Part shown: piece after piece, positions 11,301-26,119 of the stretch
Layout of the letters: each line of letters starts with the position of its first letter
Numbering within the stretch: the stretch's first letter is position 1
NCBI RefSeq assembly: GCF_009914755.1
Contig: NC_060933.1
Source: the human T2T-CHM13v2.0 reference genome, Homo sapiens
Strand: one strand, 5' to 3'
DNA: 64,000 nucleotides
Program-made: the position numbers and the translations under genes
Notes under the pieces: model-generated
The model's database searches: none
Seen by the model: only the letters and a program-made list of their open reading frames with translations
What the model was told of the DNA's origin: nothing

Positions 11301-14300
11301 ATTCCATTCCCCTGCAATCGCGTTGATTCCATTCCATTCCATTCCATTCCATTCCATTCCATTCCATTCCTTTCCATTCCAGTCCTTTCCATTCCATTCC
11401 ACTCGGGTTGATTCTATTCTATTTGTTTCCATTCCATTCCATTCCCTTCCATTCTACTCGGGTTGATTCCATTCCATTCCACTCCACTCCATTCGGTTCC
11501 GTTCCATTCCATTCTATTGCATTCCATTCTATTCGGGTTAATTCCATTCCATTCTATTCCATTCCATTCCATTCCATTCCATTGCAATGGAGTTGATTCC
11601 ATTCCATTCCATTCCATTCCGGATGATTCCATTCCATTGCATTCCATTCCATTCCATTCCCCTGCACTCGTGTTGATTCCATTCCCTTCCATTCCATTCT
11701 ATTCCGTTCCATTCCATTCCATTCCATTCTATTCCGGGTAATTCCATTCCATTCCATTCCATTCCATTCCATTCCATTCCATTGCAATCGAGTTGATTCC
11801 ACTCCATTCCTTTCCATTCCATTCCATTGCCTTGCATTCCACTCGAGTTGACTCCATTCCCTTCTTTCCCCTCCATTAGATTCCCTTCCATTCCACTCGG
11901 AATGATTGATTCCATTCCATTCCATTCCGTTTCATTCCATTGCAATCCATTCCAATCCATTCCATTCCATTCCATTCCACTCGAGTTGACTTCATTCCAT
12001 TCCTTTCCATTCCATTCCATTCCTTTCCACTCGAGTTGATTCCATTCCATTCCATTCCATTGCATTCCATACTATTCCTTTCCCCTGCACTCGGGTTGAT
12101 TCCATTCCATTCCATTCCATTTAATTCCATTCCATTCCATTACAATCCGTTCCATTCCATTCCATTCTATTCCATTGCAATCGACTTGATTCCATTCCAT
12201 TCCATTCCATTCCATTCCATTCCATTCCATTCCATTTTGCTCCAATCCATTCTATTCCGAACCATTCCATTCCATTCCATTTCATTCCATTCCATTCCAT
12301 TCCATTCCATTTTGTTCCAATCCATTCTATTCCGAACCATTCCATTCCATTCCATTCCATTCCATTCCATTCCATTCCATGCCATTCCACTCGGGTTGAT
12401 TCCATTCCTTTCCATTCCATTCCTCTCCATTCCATTGCACTCGGGTTGATTCCATTCCATTGCATTCCATTCCATTCCATTCAATTCCATTCCATTCCAT
12501 TCCATTCAGTTCCATTGCTTTCCATTACATTCGGATTGATTCTATTCAATTCCCTTACACTCCATTACATTCCATTCCATTCGGGTAGTTTCCACTCCAT
12601 TCCATTCCATTCCTCTCCATTCCATTGCACTCGGGTTGATTCCATTCCATTGCATTCCATTCCATTCCATTCAATTCCATTCCGTTCCATTCCATTCCAT
12701 TACATTCGGATTGATTCTATTCAACTCCCTTACACTCCATTACATTCGATTCCATTCGGGTTGTTCCATTCCATTCCATTCCACTCCATTCCATTGCACT
12801 CGGGTTGATTCCATTCCATTCCATTCCATTCCATTCCGGAAGATTCCGTTCCATTGCATTCCATTACATTCCATTCCCCTGCACTCGCGTTGATTCCATT
12901 CCATTCCATTCCGTTCCATTCCATTCCATTCCGTTCCATTCCATTCCGTTCCTTTCCATTCCATTCCATTCCATTCTATTCGGGTTAATTCCATTCCATT
13001 CCATTCTATTGCAATCGTGTTTATTCCATTCCATTCCATTCCATTGCATTCCATTCCATTCGATTCCATTCGATTGCACTCGGGTTGATTCCATTCCATT
13101 GCATTCCATTCCATTCAATTCCATTCCATTCCATTCCATTCCGTTCCATTCCATTCCATTACATTCGGATTGATTCTATTCAATTCCCTTACACTCCATT
13201 ACATTCCATTCCATTCGGGTAGTTTCCACTCCATTCCATTCCAATCCACTCCATTCCATTGCACTCGGGTTGATTCCATTCCATTGCATTCCATTCCGTT
13301 CCATTCAATTCCATTCCGTTCCATTCCATTCTATTACATTCGGATTGATTCTATTCAACTCCCTTATTCTCCGTTACATTCCATTCCATTCGGGTTGTTC
13401 CATTCCATTCCATTCCATTCCACTCCATTCCATTGCACTCGGGTTTATTCCATTCCATTCCATTCCATTCCATTACGGAAGATTCCATTCCATTGCATTC
13501 CATTCCATTCCATTCCCCTGCACTCGCGTTGATTCCATTGCTTTCCATTCCATTCCATTCCGTTCCATTCCATTCCTTTCCGTTCCATTCCATTCCATTC
13601 CATTCCATTCCTTTCCGTTCCGTTCCGTTCCATTCCATTCCATTCCATTCCATTCTATTCGGGTTAATTCCATTCCATTCCATTCCATTCCATTCCATTC
13701 CATTCCATTCCAATCGAGTTGATTCCGTTCCATTCCATTCCATTCCATTCCACTCCATTCCAGTCCTTTCCATTCCATTCCACTCGGGTTGATTCCAATG
13801 TATTCCTTTCCATTCCATTCCATTCCATTGCAATCGAGTTGATTCCATTGCTTTGCATTCCATTCCATTCCTTTCCATTCCGGATGATTCCATTCCATTG
13901 CATTCCATTCCATTCCATTCCCCTGCACTCGGGTTGATTCCATTCCATTGCACTCCATTCCGTTCCATTCCATTCCATTCGATTGTATTCGGGTTAATTC
14001 CATTCCATTCCATTCCATTCCATCACAATCGAGTTGGTTCCATTCCATTCAATTCCATTCCATTCCATTCCATTCCATTCCATTCCGGATGATTCCATTC
14101 CATTACATTCCGTTCCATTACATTCCCCTGCACTCGGGTTGATTCCATTCCATTCCAATCCATTCCATTCGATTCCATTCCATTCCAATTCTTTCAATTC
14201 CATTCTATTCCGTACCATTCCCTTCCATTCCATACCATTCCATTCCATTCCATTCCATTCCATTCCGTTCCGTTCCGTTCCGTTCCATTCCATTCCATTT

Positions 14301-17300
14301 TATTCGGGTTAATTCCATTCCATTCCATTCCATTCCATTCTATTCCATTCCATTGCAATCGAGTTGAATCCATTGCATTCAATTCCATTCCATTCCATTC
14401 CATTGCAATCGAGTTGAATCCATTGCATTCCATTCCATTCCATTCCGGAAGATTCCATTCCATTGCATTCCATTCCATTCCATTCCCCTGCACTCGCGTT
14501 GATTCCATTCCATTCCATTCCATTCCATTCCATTCCATTCCGTTCCGTTCCGTTCCGTTCCATTCCATTCCATTCCATTCCGTTCTGTTCCATTCCATTC
14601 CATTCCATTCTATTCGGATTAATTCCATTCCATTCCATTCGATTGCAATCGTGTTGATTCCATTCCATTCCATTCCATTATATTCTATTCCCCTGTACTC
14701 GTGTTGATTCCATTCTTTCCATTCCATTCAAGTTGAATCCATTCCATTGTATTCCATTCCATTCGATTCCATTCGATTGCACTCGGGTTGATTCCATTCC
14801 ATTGCATTCCATTCCATTCCATTCCATTCCATTCCATTCCATTCCGTTCCATTCCATTCCATTACATTCGGATTCATTCTATTCAATTCCCTTACACTCC
14901 ATTACATTCCATTCCATTCGGGTAGTTTCCATTCCATTCCATTCCATTCCTCTCCATTCCATTGCACTCGGGTTGATTCCATTCCATTGCGTTCCATTCC
15001 ATTCCATTCAATTCCATTCCGTTCCATTCCATTCCATTACATTCGGATTGACTCTGTTCAACTCCCTTACTCTCCATTACATTACATTCCATTCGGGTTG
15101 TTCCATTCCATTCCATTCCATTCCACTCCATTCCATTGCACTCGGGTTTATTCCATTCCATTCCATTCCATTCCATTCCATTCCATTCCGGAAGATTCCA
15201 TTCCATTGCATTCCATTCCATTCCATTCCCCTGCACTCGCGTTGATTCCATTCCATTCCATTCCATTCCATTCCATTCCATTCCATTCCATTCCATTCCA
15301 TTCCTTTCCGTTCCATTCCATTCCTTTCCATTCCATTCCATTCCGTTCCGTTCCGTTCCGTTCCGTTCCATTCCATTCCATTCCATTCCATTCTATTCGG
15401 GTTAATTCCATTCCATTCCATTCGATTGCAATCGAGTTGATTCCATTCCATTCCATTCCATTCCATTCCATTCTATTCCATTCCATTCCTTTCCATTCCA
15501 TTACGGATGATTCCATTCCATTGAATTCCATTCCATTCCATTCCCCTGTACTCGGGTTGATTCCATTCCATTCCATTCCAATCCATGCCATTCCACTCGT
15601 GTTGATTCCATTCTTTCCATTCCATTCAAGTTGATTCCATTCCATTCCATTCCATTCCATTCCATTCCATTCCGTTCCGTTCCGTTCCGTTCCATTCCAT
15701 TCCATTCTATTCGGGTTAATTCCATTCCATTCCATTCCATTCCATTCCATTCCAATCGAGTTGATTCCATTCCATTCCATTCCATTCCATTATATTGTAT
15801 TCGGGTTAATTCCATTCCATTCAGTTCCATTCCATTCCATTCCATTACAATCGAGTTGATTCCATTCCATTCCATTCCATTCCATTCCATTCCATTCCGT
15901 TCCGTTCCGTTCCATTCCATTCCATTCCATTCCGTTCCGTTCCATTCCATTCCATTCCATTCTATTCGGGTTAATTCCATTCCATTCCATTCGATTGCAA
16001 TCGTGTTGATTCCATTCCATTCCATTCCATTCCTTTCCATTCCATTACGGATGATTCCATTCCATTGCTTTCCATTCCATTCCATTCCCCTGTACTCGAG
16101 TTGATTCCATTCCATTGCATTCCAATCCATGCCCTTCCACTCGTGTTGATTCCATTCTTTCCATTCCATTCAAGTTGAATCCATTCCTCTGCATTCCATT
16201 CCATTCGATTCCATTCGATTGCCCTCGGGTTGATTCCATTCCATTGCATTCCAATCCATTCCATTCCATTGCATTCCATTCCATTCCGTTCCATTCCATT
16301 CCATTACATTCGGATTGATTCTATTCAATTCCCTTACACTGCATTACATTCCATTCCATTCGGGTAGTTTCCATTCCCTTCCATTCCATTCCTCTCCATT
16401 CCATTGCACTCGGGTTGACTCCATTCCATTGCATTCCATTCCATTCCATTCAATTCCATTCCGTTGCATTCCATTCCAATACATTCGGATTGATTCTATT
16501 CAACTCCCTTACACTCCCTTACATTCCATTCCATTCGGGTTGTTCCATTCCATTCCATTCCATTCCACTCCATTCCATTGCACTCAGGTTGATTCCATTC
16601 CATTCCATTCCATTCCATTCCATTCCATTCCGGAAGATTCCATTCCATTGCATTCCATTCCATTCCATTCCCCTGCACTCGCGTTGATTCCATTCCATTC
16701 CATTCCAATACATGCCATTCCACTCGTGTTGATTCCATTCTTTCCATTCCATTCAAGTTGAATCCATTCCATTGCATTCCATTCCATTCCATTCCCCTGC
16801 AGTCGGGTTGATTCCATTCCATTGCATTCCATTCCATTCCATTCCATTCCATTGCATTCCATTCCATTCCATTCCGTTCCGTTCCATTCCATTCCATTCC
16901 TTTCTATTCGGGTTAATTCCATTCCATTCCATTCCATTCCATTCCATTCCATTCCAATCAAGTTGATTCCTTTCCATTCCATTCCATTCCATTCCACTCC
17001 ATTCCAGTCCTTTCCATTCCATTCCACTCGGGTTGATTCCAATGTATTCCTTTCCATTCCTTTCCATTCTATTGCAATCGAGTTGATTCCATTGCTTTGC
17101 TTTCCATTCCATTCCATTCCATTCCGGATGATTCCATTCCATTGCATTCCATTCCATTCCATTCCCCTGCACTCGGGTTTATTCCATTCCATTCCACTAT
17201 ATTCCATTCCATTCCATTCCATTCCATTGCATTCGGGTTAATTCCATTCCATTCCTTTCCATTCCATTCCATTCCGTTACAATCGAGTTGATTCCATTCC

Positions 17301-17629
17301 ATTCCATTCCATTCCAGTCCTTTCCATTCCATTCCACTCGGGTTGATTCCATTCTATTAGTTTCCATTCCATTCCATTCCCTTCCATTCCACTCTGGTTG
17401 ATTCCATTCCTTTCCATTCCACTCGAATACATTCCCTCCTATTCCACTCGGAACGATTCCTTTCTATTCCATTCCATTCCATTCCATTCCATTCCATTCC
17501 CCTGTACTCGGGTTGATTCCATTCCATTCCATTCCACTCCATTCGTTTCCGTTGCATTCCATTGTATTGCATTCCATTCTATTCGGGTTAATTCCATTCC
17601 ATTCTATTCCATTCCATTCCATTCCATTC

Positions 17630-20600
17630 CATTGCAATGGAGTTGATTCCATTCCATTCCATTCCATTCCGGATGATTCCATTCCATTGCATTCCATTCC
17701 ATTCCATTCCCCTGCACTCGTGTTGATTCCATTCCCTTCCATTCCATTCCATTCCGTTCCATTCCATTCCATTCCATTCTATTCCGGTTAATTCCATTCC
17801 ATTCCATTCCATTCCATTCCATTCCATTGCAATCGAGTTGATTCCATTCCATTCCTTTCCATTCCATTCCATTGCCTTGCATTCCACTCGGGTTGATTCC
17901 ATTCCCTTCTTTCCACTCCATTACATTCCCTTCCATGATTGATTCCATTCCATTCCATTCCATTTCATTCCATTGCAATCCATTCCAATCCATTCCATTC
18001 CATTCCATTCCACTCGAGTTGACTTCATTCCATTCCTTTCCATTCCATTCCATTCCTTTCCACTCGAGTTAATTCCATTCCATTCCAATCCATTGGATTC
18101 CATTCCATGCCATTCCACTCGGGTTGATTCCATTCCTTTGCATTCCATTCCATTCCATTCCATTCCATTCCATTCCATTCCGTTGCTTTCCATTCCATTA
18201 CATTCGGATTGATTCTATTCAACTCCCTTACTCTCCATTACATTCCATTCCATTCGGGTTGTTCCATTCCATTCCATTCCATTCCATTCCACTCCATTCC
18301 ATTGCACTCGGGTTGATTCCATTCCATTCCATTCCATTCCATTCCATTCCATTCCGGATGATTCCATTCCATTGCATTCCGTTCCATTACATTCCCCTGC
18401 ACTCGCGTTGATTCCATTCCATTCCATTCCACTCCATTCAATTCCATTCCATTAAAATTCGTTCCATTCCATTCTATTCCGTACCATTCCATTCCATTCC
18501 ATACCATTCCATTCCATTCCATTCCATTCCATTCCATTCCGTTGCATTCCGTTCCATTCCATTCCATTCCATTCCATTCTATTCGGGTTAATCCCATTCC
18601 ATTCCATTCTCTTCCATTCCATTGCAATCTTGTTGAATCCGTTGCATTTCATTCCATTCCATTCCATTCCATTCCATTCCGGAAGATTCCATTCCATTGC
18701 ATTCCATTCCATGCCATTCCCCTGCACTCGCGTTGATTCCATTCCATTCCATTCCATTCCATTCCATTCCGTTCCGTTCCGTTCCATTCCATTCCATTCC
18801 ATTCCGTTCCATTCCATTCCATTCCATTCCATTCCATTCTATTCGGGTTAATTCCATTCCATTCCATTCGATTGCAATCGTGTTGATTCCATTCCATTCC
18901 AATCCATTCCATTCCATTCCATTCCATTCCATTCCATTTCATTCCTTTCCATTCCATTACGGATGATTCCATTCCATTGCTTTCCATTCCATTCCATTCC
19001 CCTGTACTCGAGTTGATTCCATTCCATTGCATTCCAATCCATGCCCTTCCACTCGTGTTGATTCCATTCTTTCCATTCCATTCAAGTTGAATCCATTCCA
19101 TTGCATTCCATTCCATTCGATTCCATTCGATTGCACTCTGGTTGATTCCATTCAATTGCATTCCATTCCATTCCATTCCATTCCATTCCATTCCATTCCA
19201 TTCCGTTCCATTCCATTCCATTATATTCGGATTGATTCTATTCAATTCCCTTACACTCCATTACATTCCATTCCATTCGGGTAGTTTCCATTCCATTCCA
19301 TTCCATTCCTCTCCATTCCATTGCACTCGGGTTGATTCCATTCCATTGCATTCCATTCCATTCCATTCAATTGCATTCCGTTGCATTCCATTCCATTACA
19401 TTCGGATTGACTCTATTCAACTCCCTTACTCTCCATTACATTCCATTCCATTCGGGTTGTTCCATTCCATTCCATTCCATTCCACTCCATTCCATTGCAC
19501 TCGGGTTTATTCCATTCCATTCCATTCCATTCCATTGCAATGGAGTTGATTCCATTCCATTCCATTCCATTCCGGATGATTCCATTCCATTGCATTCCAT
19601 TCCATTCCATTCCCCTGCACTCGTGTTGATTCCATTCCCTTCCATTCCATTCCATTCCGTTCCATTCCATTCCATTCCATTCTATTCCGGTTAATTCCAT
19701 TCCATTCCATTCCATTCCATTCCATTCCATTGCAATCGAGTTGATTCCATTCCATTCCTTTCCATTCCATTCCATTGCCTTGCATTCCTCTCGGGTTGAT
19801 TCCATTCCCTTCTTTCCACTCCATTACATTCCCTTCCATGATTGATTCCATTCCATTCCATTCCATTTCATTCCATTGCAATCCATTCCATGCCATTCCA
19901 TTCCATTCCATTCCACTCGAGTTGACTTCATTCCATTCCTTTCCATTCCATTCCATTCCTTTCCACTCGAGTTGATTCCATTCCATTCCAATCCATTGGA
20001 TTCCATTCCATGCCATTCCACTCGGGTTGATTCCATTCCTTTGCATTCCATTCCATTCCATTCCATTCCATTCCATTCCATTCCATTCCATTCCGTTGCA
20101 TTCCATTCCATTACATTCGGATTGATTCTATTCAACTCCCTTACTCTCCATTACATTCCATTCCATTCGGGTTGTTCCATTCCATTCCATTCCATTCCAT
20201 TCCACTCCATTCCATTGCACTCGGGTTGATTCCATTCCATTCCATTCCATTCCATTCCATTCCATTCCGGATGATTCCATTCCATTGCATTCCGTTCCAT
20301 TACATTCCCCTGCACTCGCGTTGATTCCATTCCATTCCATTCCACTCCATTCAATTCCATTCCATTACAATTCGTTCCTTTCCATTCTATTCCGTACCAT
20401 TCCATTCCATTCCATACCATTCCATTCCATTCCATTCCATTCCATTCCATTCCATTCCACTCCCTTGCTTTCCGTTCCATTCCATTCCATTCCATTCCAT
20501 TCTATTCGGGTTAATCCCATTCCATTCCATTCTATTCCATTCCATTGCAATCGTGTTGAATCCGTTGCATTTCATTCCATTCCATTCCATTCCATTCCAT

Positions 20601-20830
20601 TCCGGAAGATTCCATTCCATTGCATTCCGTTCCATGCCATTCCCCTGCACTCGCGTTGATTCCATTCCATTCCATTCCATTCCATTCCATTCCATTCCAT
20701 TCCGTTCCGTTCCGTTCCATTCCATTCCATTCCATTCCGTTCCGTTCCATTCCATTCCATTCCATTCCATTCCATTCTATTCGGGTTAATTCCATTCCAT
20801 TCCATTCGATTGCAATCGTGTTGATTCCAT
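17630..20830. repeat. Tandem duplication, period 1903 bp (one full copy plus a partial second copy)
   Basis: tgcaatggagttg at 17633 and 19536. Shared private 12-bp deletion (ccttccatgattg) and shared variants aatccattggattcc, ttaatcccatt, gaatccgttgcatttc and ccatgccattcccctg. Near-identical ORFs at 17872..18072 and 19775..19975. Confidence 0.88.
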
Positions 20831-23800
20831 TCCATTCCATTCCATTCCATTCCATTCCGTTCCGTTCCGTTCCATTCCATTCCATTCCATTCTATTCCAT
20901 TCCATTCCATTCTATTCCATTCCATTGCAATCGAGTTGAATCCATTGCATTTCATTCCATTCCATTCCATTCCATTCCATTCCGGAAGATTTCATTCCGT
21001 TGCATTCCATTCCATTCCATTCCCCTGCACTCGCGTTGATTCCATTCCATTCCATTCCATTCCATTCCATTCCATTCCGTTCCGTTCCATTCCATTCCAT
21101 TCCATTCCATTCCATTCCGTTCCGTTCCATTCCATTCCATTCCATTCTATTCGGGTTAATTCCATTCCATTCCATTCGACTGCAATCGAGTTGATTCCAT
21201 TCCATTCCATTCCATTCCATTCCATTCCATTCCATTCCGTTCCGTTCCATTCCATTCCATTCCATTCCATTCCGTTCCATTCCGTTCCGTTCCATTCCAT
21301 TCCATTCCATTCTATTCGGGTTAATTCCATTTCATTGCATTCGATTGCAATCGAGTTGAGACCATTCCATTCCATTCCATTCCATTCCATTCCATTCCAT
21401 TCCATTCCTTTCCATTCCATTACGGATGATTCCATTCCATTGCATTCCATTCCATTAAATTCCCCTGTACTCGGGTTGATTCCATTCCATTCCATTCCAA
21501 GCCATGCCATTCCACTCGTGTTGATTCCATTCTTTCCATTCCATTCAAGTTGAATCCATTCCATTGCATTCCATTCCATTGGATTCCATTCGATTGCACT
21601 CGGGTTGATTCCATTCCACTGCATTCCATTCCATTCCATTCCATTCCATTCCATTCCATTCCGTTCCATTCCATTCCATTACATTCGGATTGATTCTATT
21701 CAATTCCCTTACACTCCGTTACATTCCATTCCATTCCGGTAGTTTCCATTCCATTCCATTCCATTCCTCTCCATTCCATTGCACTCGGGTTGATTCCATT
21801 CCATTGCATTCCATTCCATTCCATTCAATTCCATTCCGTTCCATTCCATTCCATTACATTCGGATTGATTCTATTCAACTCCCTTACTCTCCATTACGTT
21901 CCATTCCATTCGGGTTGTTCCATTCCATTCCATTCCATTCCTCTCCATTCCATTGCACTCGTGTTGATTCCATTCCATTCCATTCCATTCCATTCCATTC
22001 CATTCCATTCCGGAAGATTCCATTCCATTGCATTCCATTCCATTCCATTCCCCTGCACTCGCGTTGATTCCATTCCATTCCATTCTATTCCATTCCATTC
22101 CTTTCCTTTCCGTTCCATTCCATTCCATTCCATTCCATTCCATTCCATTCCGTTCCGTTCCATTCCATTCCATTCCATTCTATTCGGGTTAATTCCATTC
22201 CATTCCATTCGATTGCAATCGAGTTGATTCCATTCCATTCCATTCCATTCCATTACATTCCATTCCATTCCTTTCCATTCCATTACGGATGATTCCATTC
22301 CATTGCATTCCATTCCATTCCATTCCCCTATACTCGGGTTGATTCCATTCCATTCCATTCCAATCCATGCCATTCCACTCGTGTTGATTCCATTCTTTCC
22401 ATTCAATTCAAGTTGAATCCATTCCATTGCATTCCATTCCATTCGATTCCATTCGATTGCACTCGGGTTGATTCCATTCCATTGCATTCCATTCCATTCC
22501 ATTCCATTCCATTCCATTCCGTTCCATTCCATTTCATTACATTCAGATTGATTCTATTCAATTCCCTTACACTCCATTATATTACAATCCATTCTGGTTG
22601 TCTCCATTCCATTCCATTCCATTTCACTCCATTCCATTGCACTCGGGTTGATTCCATTCCATTCCATTCCATTGCATTCCATTCCATTCCATTCCGGATG
22701 ATTCCATTCCATTGCATTCCATTCCATTCCATTCCCCTGCACTCGGGTTGATTCCATTCCATTCCATTCCATTACATTCCGTTCCATTCCATTCCATTCC
22801 ATTCGGATTGATTCTATTCAATTCCCTTACACTCCATTACATTCCATTCCATTCGGGTAGTTTCCATTCCATTCCATTCCATTCCTCTCCATTCCATTGC
22901 ACTCGGGTTGAATCCATTCCGTTCCATTCCATTCCATTCCATTACATTACATTACATTCCATTCCGTTCCATTGTACTCGGGTTGATTCCATTCCATTGC
23001 ATTCCATTCCATTCCATTCCATTCCATTCCATTCCGTTCCATTCCATTACATTCGGATTGATTCTATTCAACTCCCTTACTCTCCATTACATTCCATTCC
23101 ATTCGGGTTGTTCCATTCCATTCCATTCCATTCCACTCCATTCCATTGCGCTCGGGTTGATTCCATTCCATTCCATTCCATTCCATTCCATTCCATTCCA
23201 TTCCATTCCATTCCGGATGATTCCATTCCATTGCATTCCGTTCCATTACATTCCCCTGCACTCGGGTTGATTCCATTCCATTCCATTCCATTCCATTCCA
23301 TTCCATTCCATTCCATTCCGGAAGATTCCATTCCATTGCATTCCATTCCATTCCATTCCATTCCATTCCATTCCATTCCATTCCATTCCATTCCATTGTA
23401 CTCGGGTTGATTCCATTCCATTGCATTCCATTCCATTCCATTCCATTCCATTCCATTCCGTTCCATTCCATTCCATTACATTCGGATTGATTCTTTTCAA
23501 CTCCCTTACTCTCCATTACATTCCATTCCATTCGGGTTGTTCCATTCCATTCCTTTCCATTCCACTCCATTCCATTGCACTCGGGTTGATTCCATTCCAT
23601 TCCATTCCATTCCATTCCGGATGATTCCATTCCATTGCATTCCGTTCCATTACGTTCCCCTGCACTCGGGTTGATTCCATTCCATTCGTTTCCATTCCAT
23701 TCGATTCCATTCCATTCCCCTGCACTCGCGTTGATTCCATTCCATTCCATTCCGTTCCAATCCATTCCATTCCATTCCTTTCCGTTCCATTCCATTCCAT

Positions 23801-26119
23801 TCCATTCAATTCCTTTCCGCTCCATTCCATTCCATTCCATTCTATTCGGGTTAATTCCATTCCATTCCATTCGATTGCAATCGAGTTGATTCCATTCCAT
23901 TCCATTCCATTCCATTCCATTCCATTCCAGTCCTTTCCATTCCTTTCCATTCCATTACTGATGATTCCATTCCATTGCATTCCATTCCATTCCATTCCCC
24001 TGTACTCGGGTTGATTCCATTCCATTCCATTCCAATCCATTCCATTCCACTCGTGTTGATTCCATTCTTTCCTTTCCATTCAAGTTGAATCCATTCCATT
24101 GCATTCCATTCCATTCGATTCCATTCGATTGCACTCGGGTTGATTCCATTCCATTGCATTCCATTCCATTCCATTCCATTCCATTCCATTCCCTTCCATT
24201 CCACTCTGGTTGATTCCATTCCTTTCCATTCCACTCGAATACATTCCCTCCTATTCCACTCGGAACGATTCCATTCCATTCCATTCCATTCCATTCCATT
24301 CCATTCCATTCCATTCCATTTCGTTCCATTCCATTCTATTCCGTATCATTCCATTCCATTCCATTCCATTCCATTCCATTCCATTCCATTCCATTCCATT
24401 CCATTGTACTCGGGTTGATTCCATTCCATTGCATTCCATTCCATTCCATTCCGTTGCATTCCATTCCATTACATTCGGATTGATTCTATTCAACTCCCTT
24501 ACTCTCCATTACATTCCATTCCATTCGGGTTGTTCCATTCCATTCCATTCCATTCCACTCCATTCCATTGCACTCGGGTTGATTCCATTCCATTCCATTC
24601 CATTCCATTCCGGATGATTCCATTCCATTGCATTCCGTTCCATTACATTCCCTTGCACTCGCGTTGATTCCATTCCATTCCATTCCATTCCATTCAATTC
24701 CATTCCATTACAATTCGTTCCATTCCATTCTATTCCGTACCATTCCATTCCATTCCATACCATTCCATTCCATTCCATTCCATTCCATTCCGTTCCATTC
24801 CATTCCATTCCATTCCATTCCATTCTATTCGGATTAATTCCATTCCATTCCATTCCATTCCATTCTATTCCATTCCATTGCAATCGAGTTGAATCCATTG
24901 CATTTCTTTCCATTCCATTCCATTCCATTCCATTCCGGAAGATTCCATTCCATTGCATTCCATTCCATTCCATTCCCCTGCACTCGCGTTGATTCCATTC
25001 CATTCCATTCCATTCCATTCCGTTCCATTCCTTTCCATTCCATTCCATTCCGTTCCGTTCCATTCCATTCCATTCCATTCTATTCGGGTTAATTCCATTC
25101 CATTCCATTCGATTGCAATCGAGTTGATTCCATTCCATTCCATTCCATTCCATTCCATTCCATTCCTTTCCATTCCATTACGGATGATTCCATTCCATTG
25201 CATTCCATTCCATTCCATTCCCCTGTACTCGGGTTGATTCCAATCCATTCCATTCCAATCCATGCCGTTCCACTCGTGTTGATTCCATTCTTTCCATTCC
25301 ATTCAAGTTGAATCCATTCCATTGCATTCCATTCCATTCCATTCCCCTGCAGTCGGGTTGTTTCCATTGCATTCCATTCCATTCCATTCCATTCAATTCC
25401 ATTCCATTCCGTTCCGTTCCATTCCATTCCATTCCATTCTATTCGGGTTAATTCCATTCCATTCCATTCCATTCCATTCCATTCCATTCCATTCCAATCG
25501 AGTTGATTCCATTCCATTCCATTCCATTCCATTCCACTCCATTCCAGTCCTTTCCATTCCATTGCACTCGGGTTGATTCCAATGTATTCCTTTCCATTCC
25601 ATTCCATTCCATTGCAATCGAGTTGATTCCATTGCTTTGCATTCCATTCCATTCCATTCCATTCCGGATGATTCCATTCCATTGCATTCCATTCCATTCC
25701 ATTCCCCTGCACTCGGGTTGATTCCATTCCATTCCATTCCATTCCATTCCATTCCATTCCATTCCATTCCATTCCATTACAATCGAGTTGATTCCATTCC
25801 ATTCCATTCCATTCCAGTCCTTTCCATTCCATTCCACTCGGGTTGATTCCATTCTATTAGTTTCCATTCCATTCCATTCCCTTCCATTCCACTCTGGTTG
25901 ATTCCATTCCTTTCCATTCCACTCGAATACATTCCCTCCTATTCCACTCGGAACGATTCCATTCCATTCCATTCCATTCCATTCCATTCCATTCCATTCC
26001 ATTCCATTTCGTTCCATTCCATTCTATTCCGTATCATTCCATTCCATTCCATTCCATTCCATTCCATTCCATTGTACTCGGGTTGATTCAATTCCATTGC
26101 ATTCCATTCCATTCCATTC

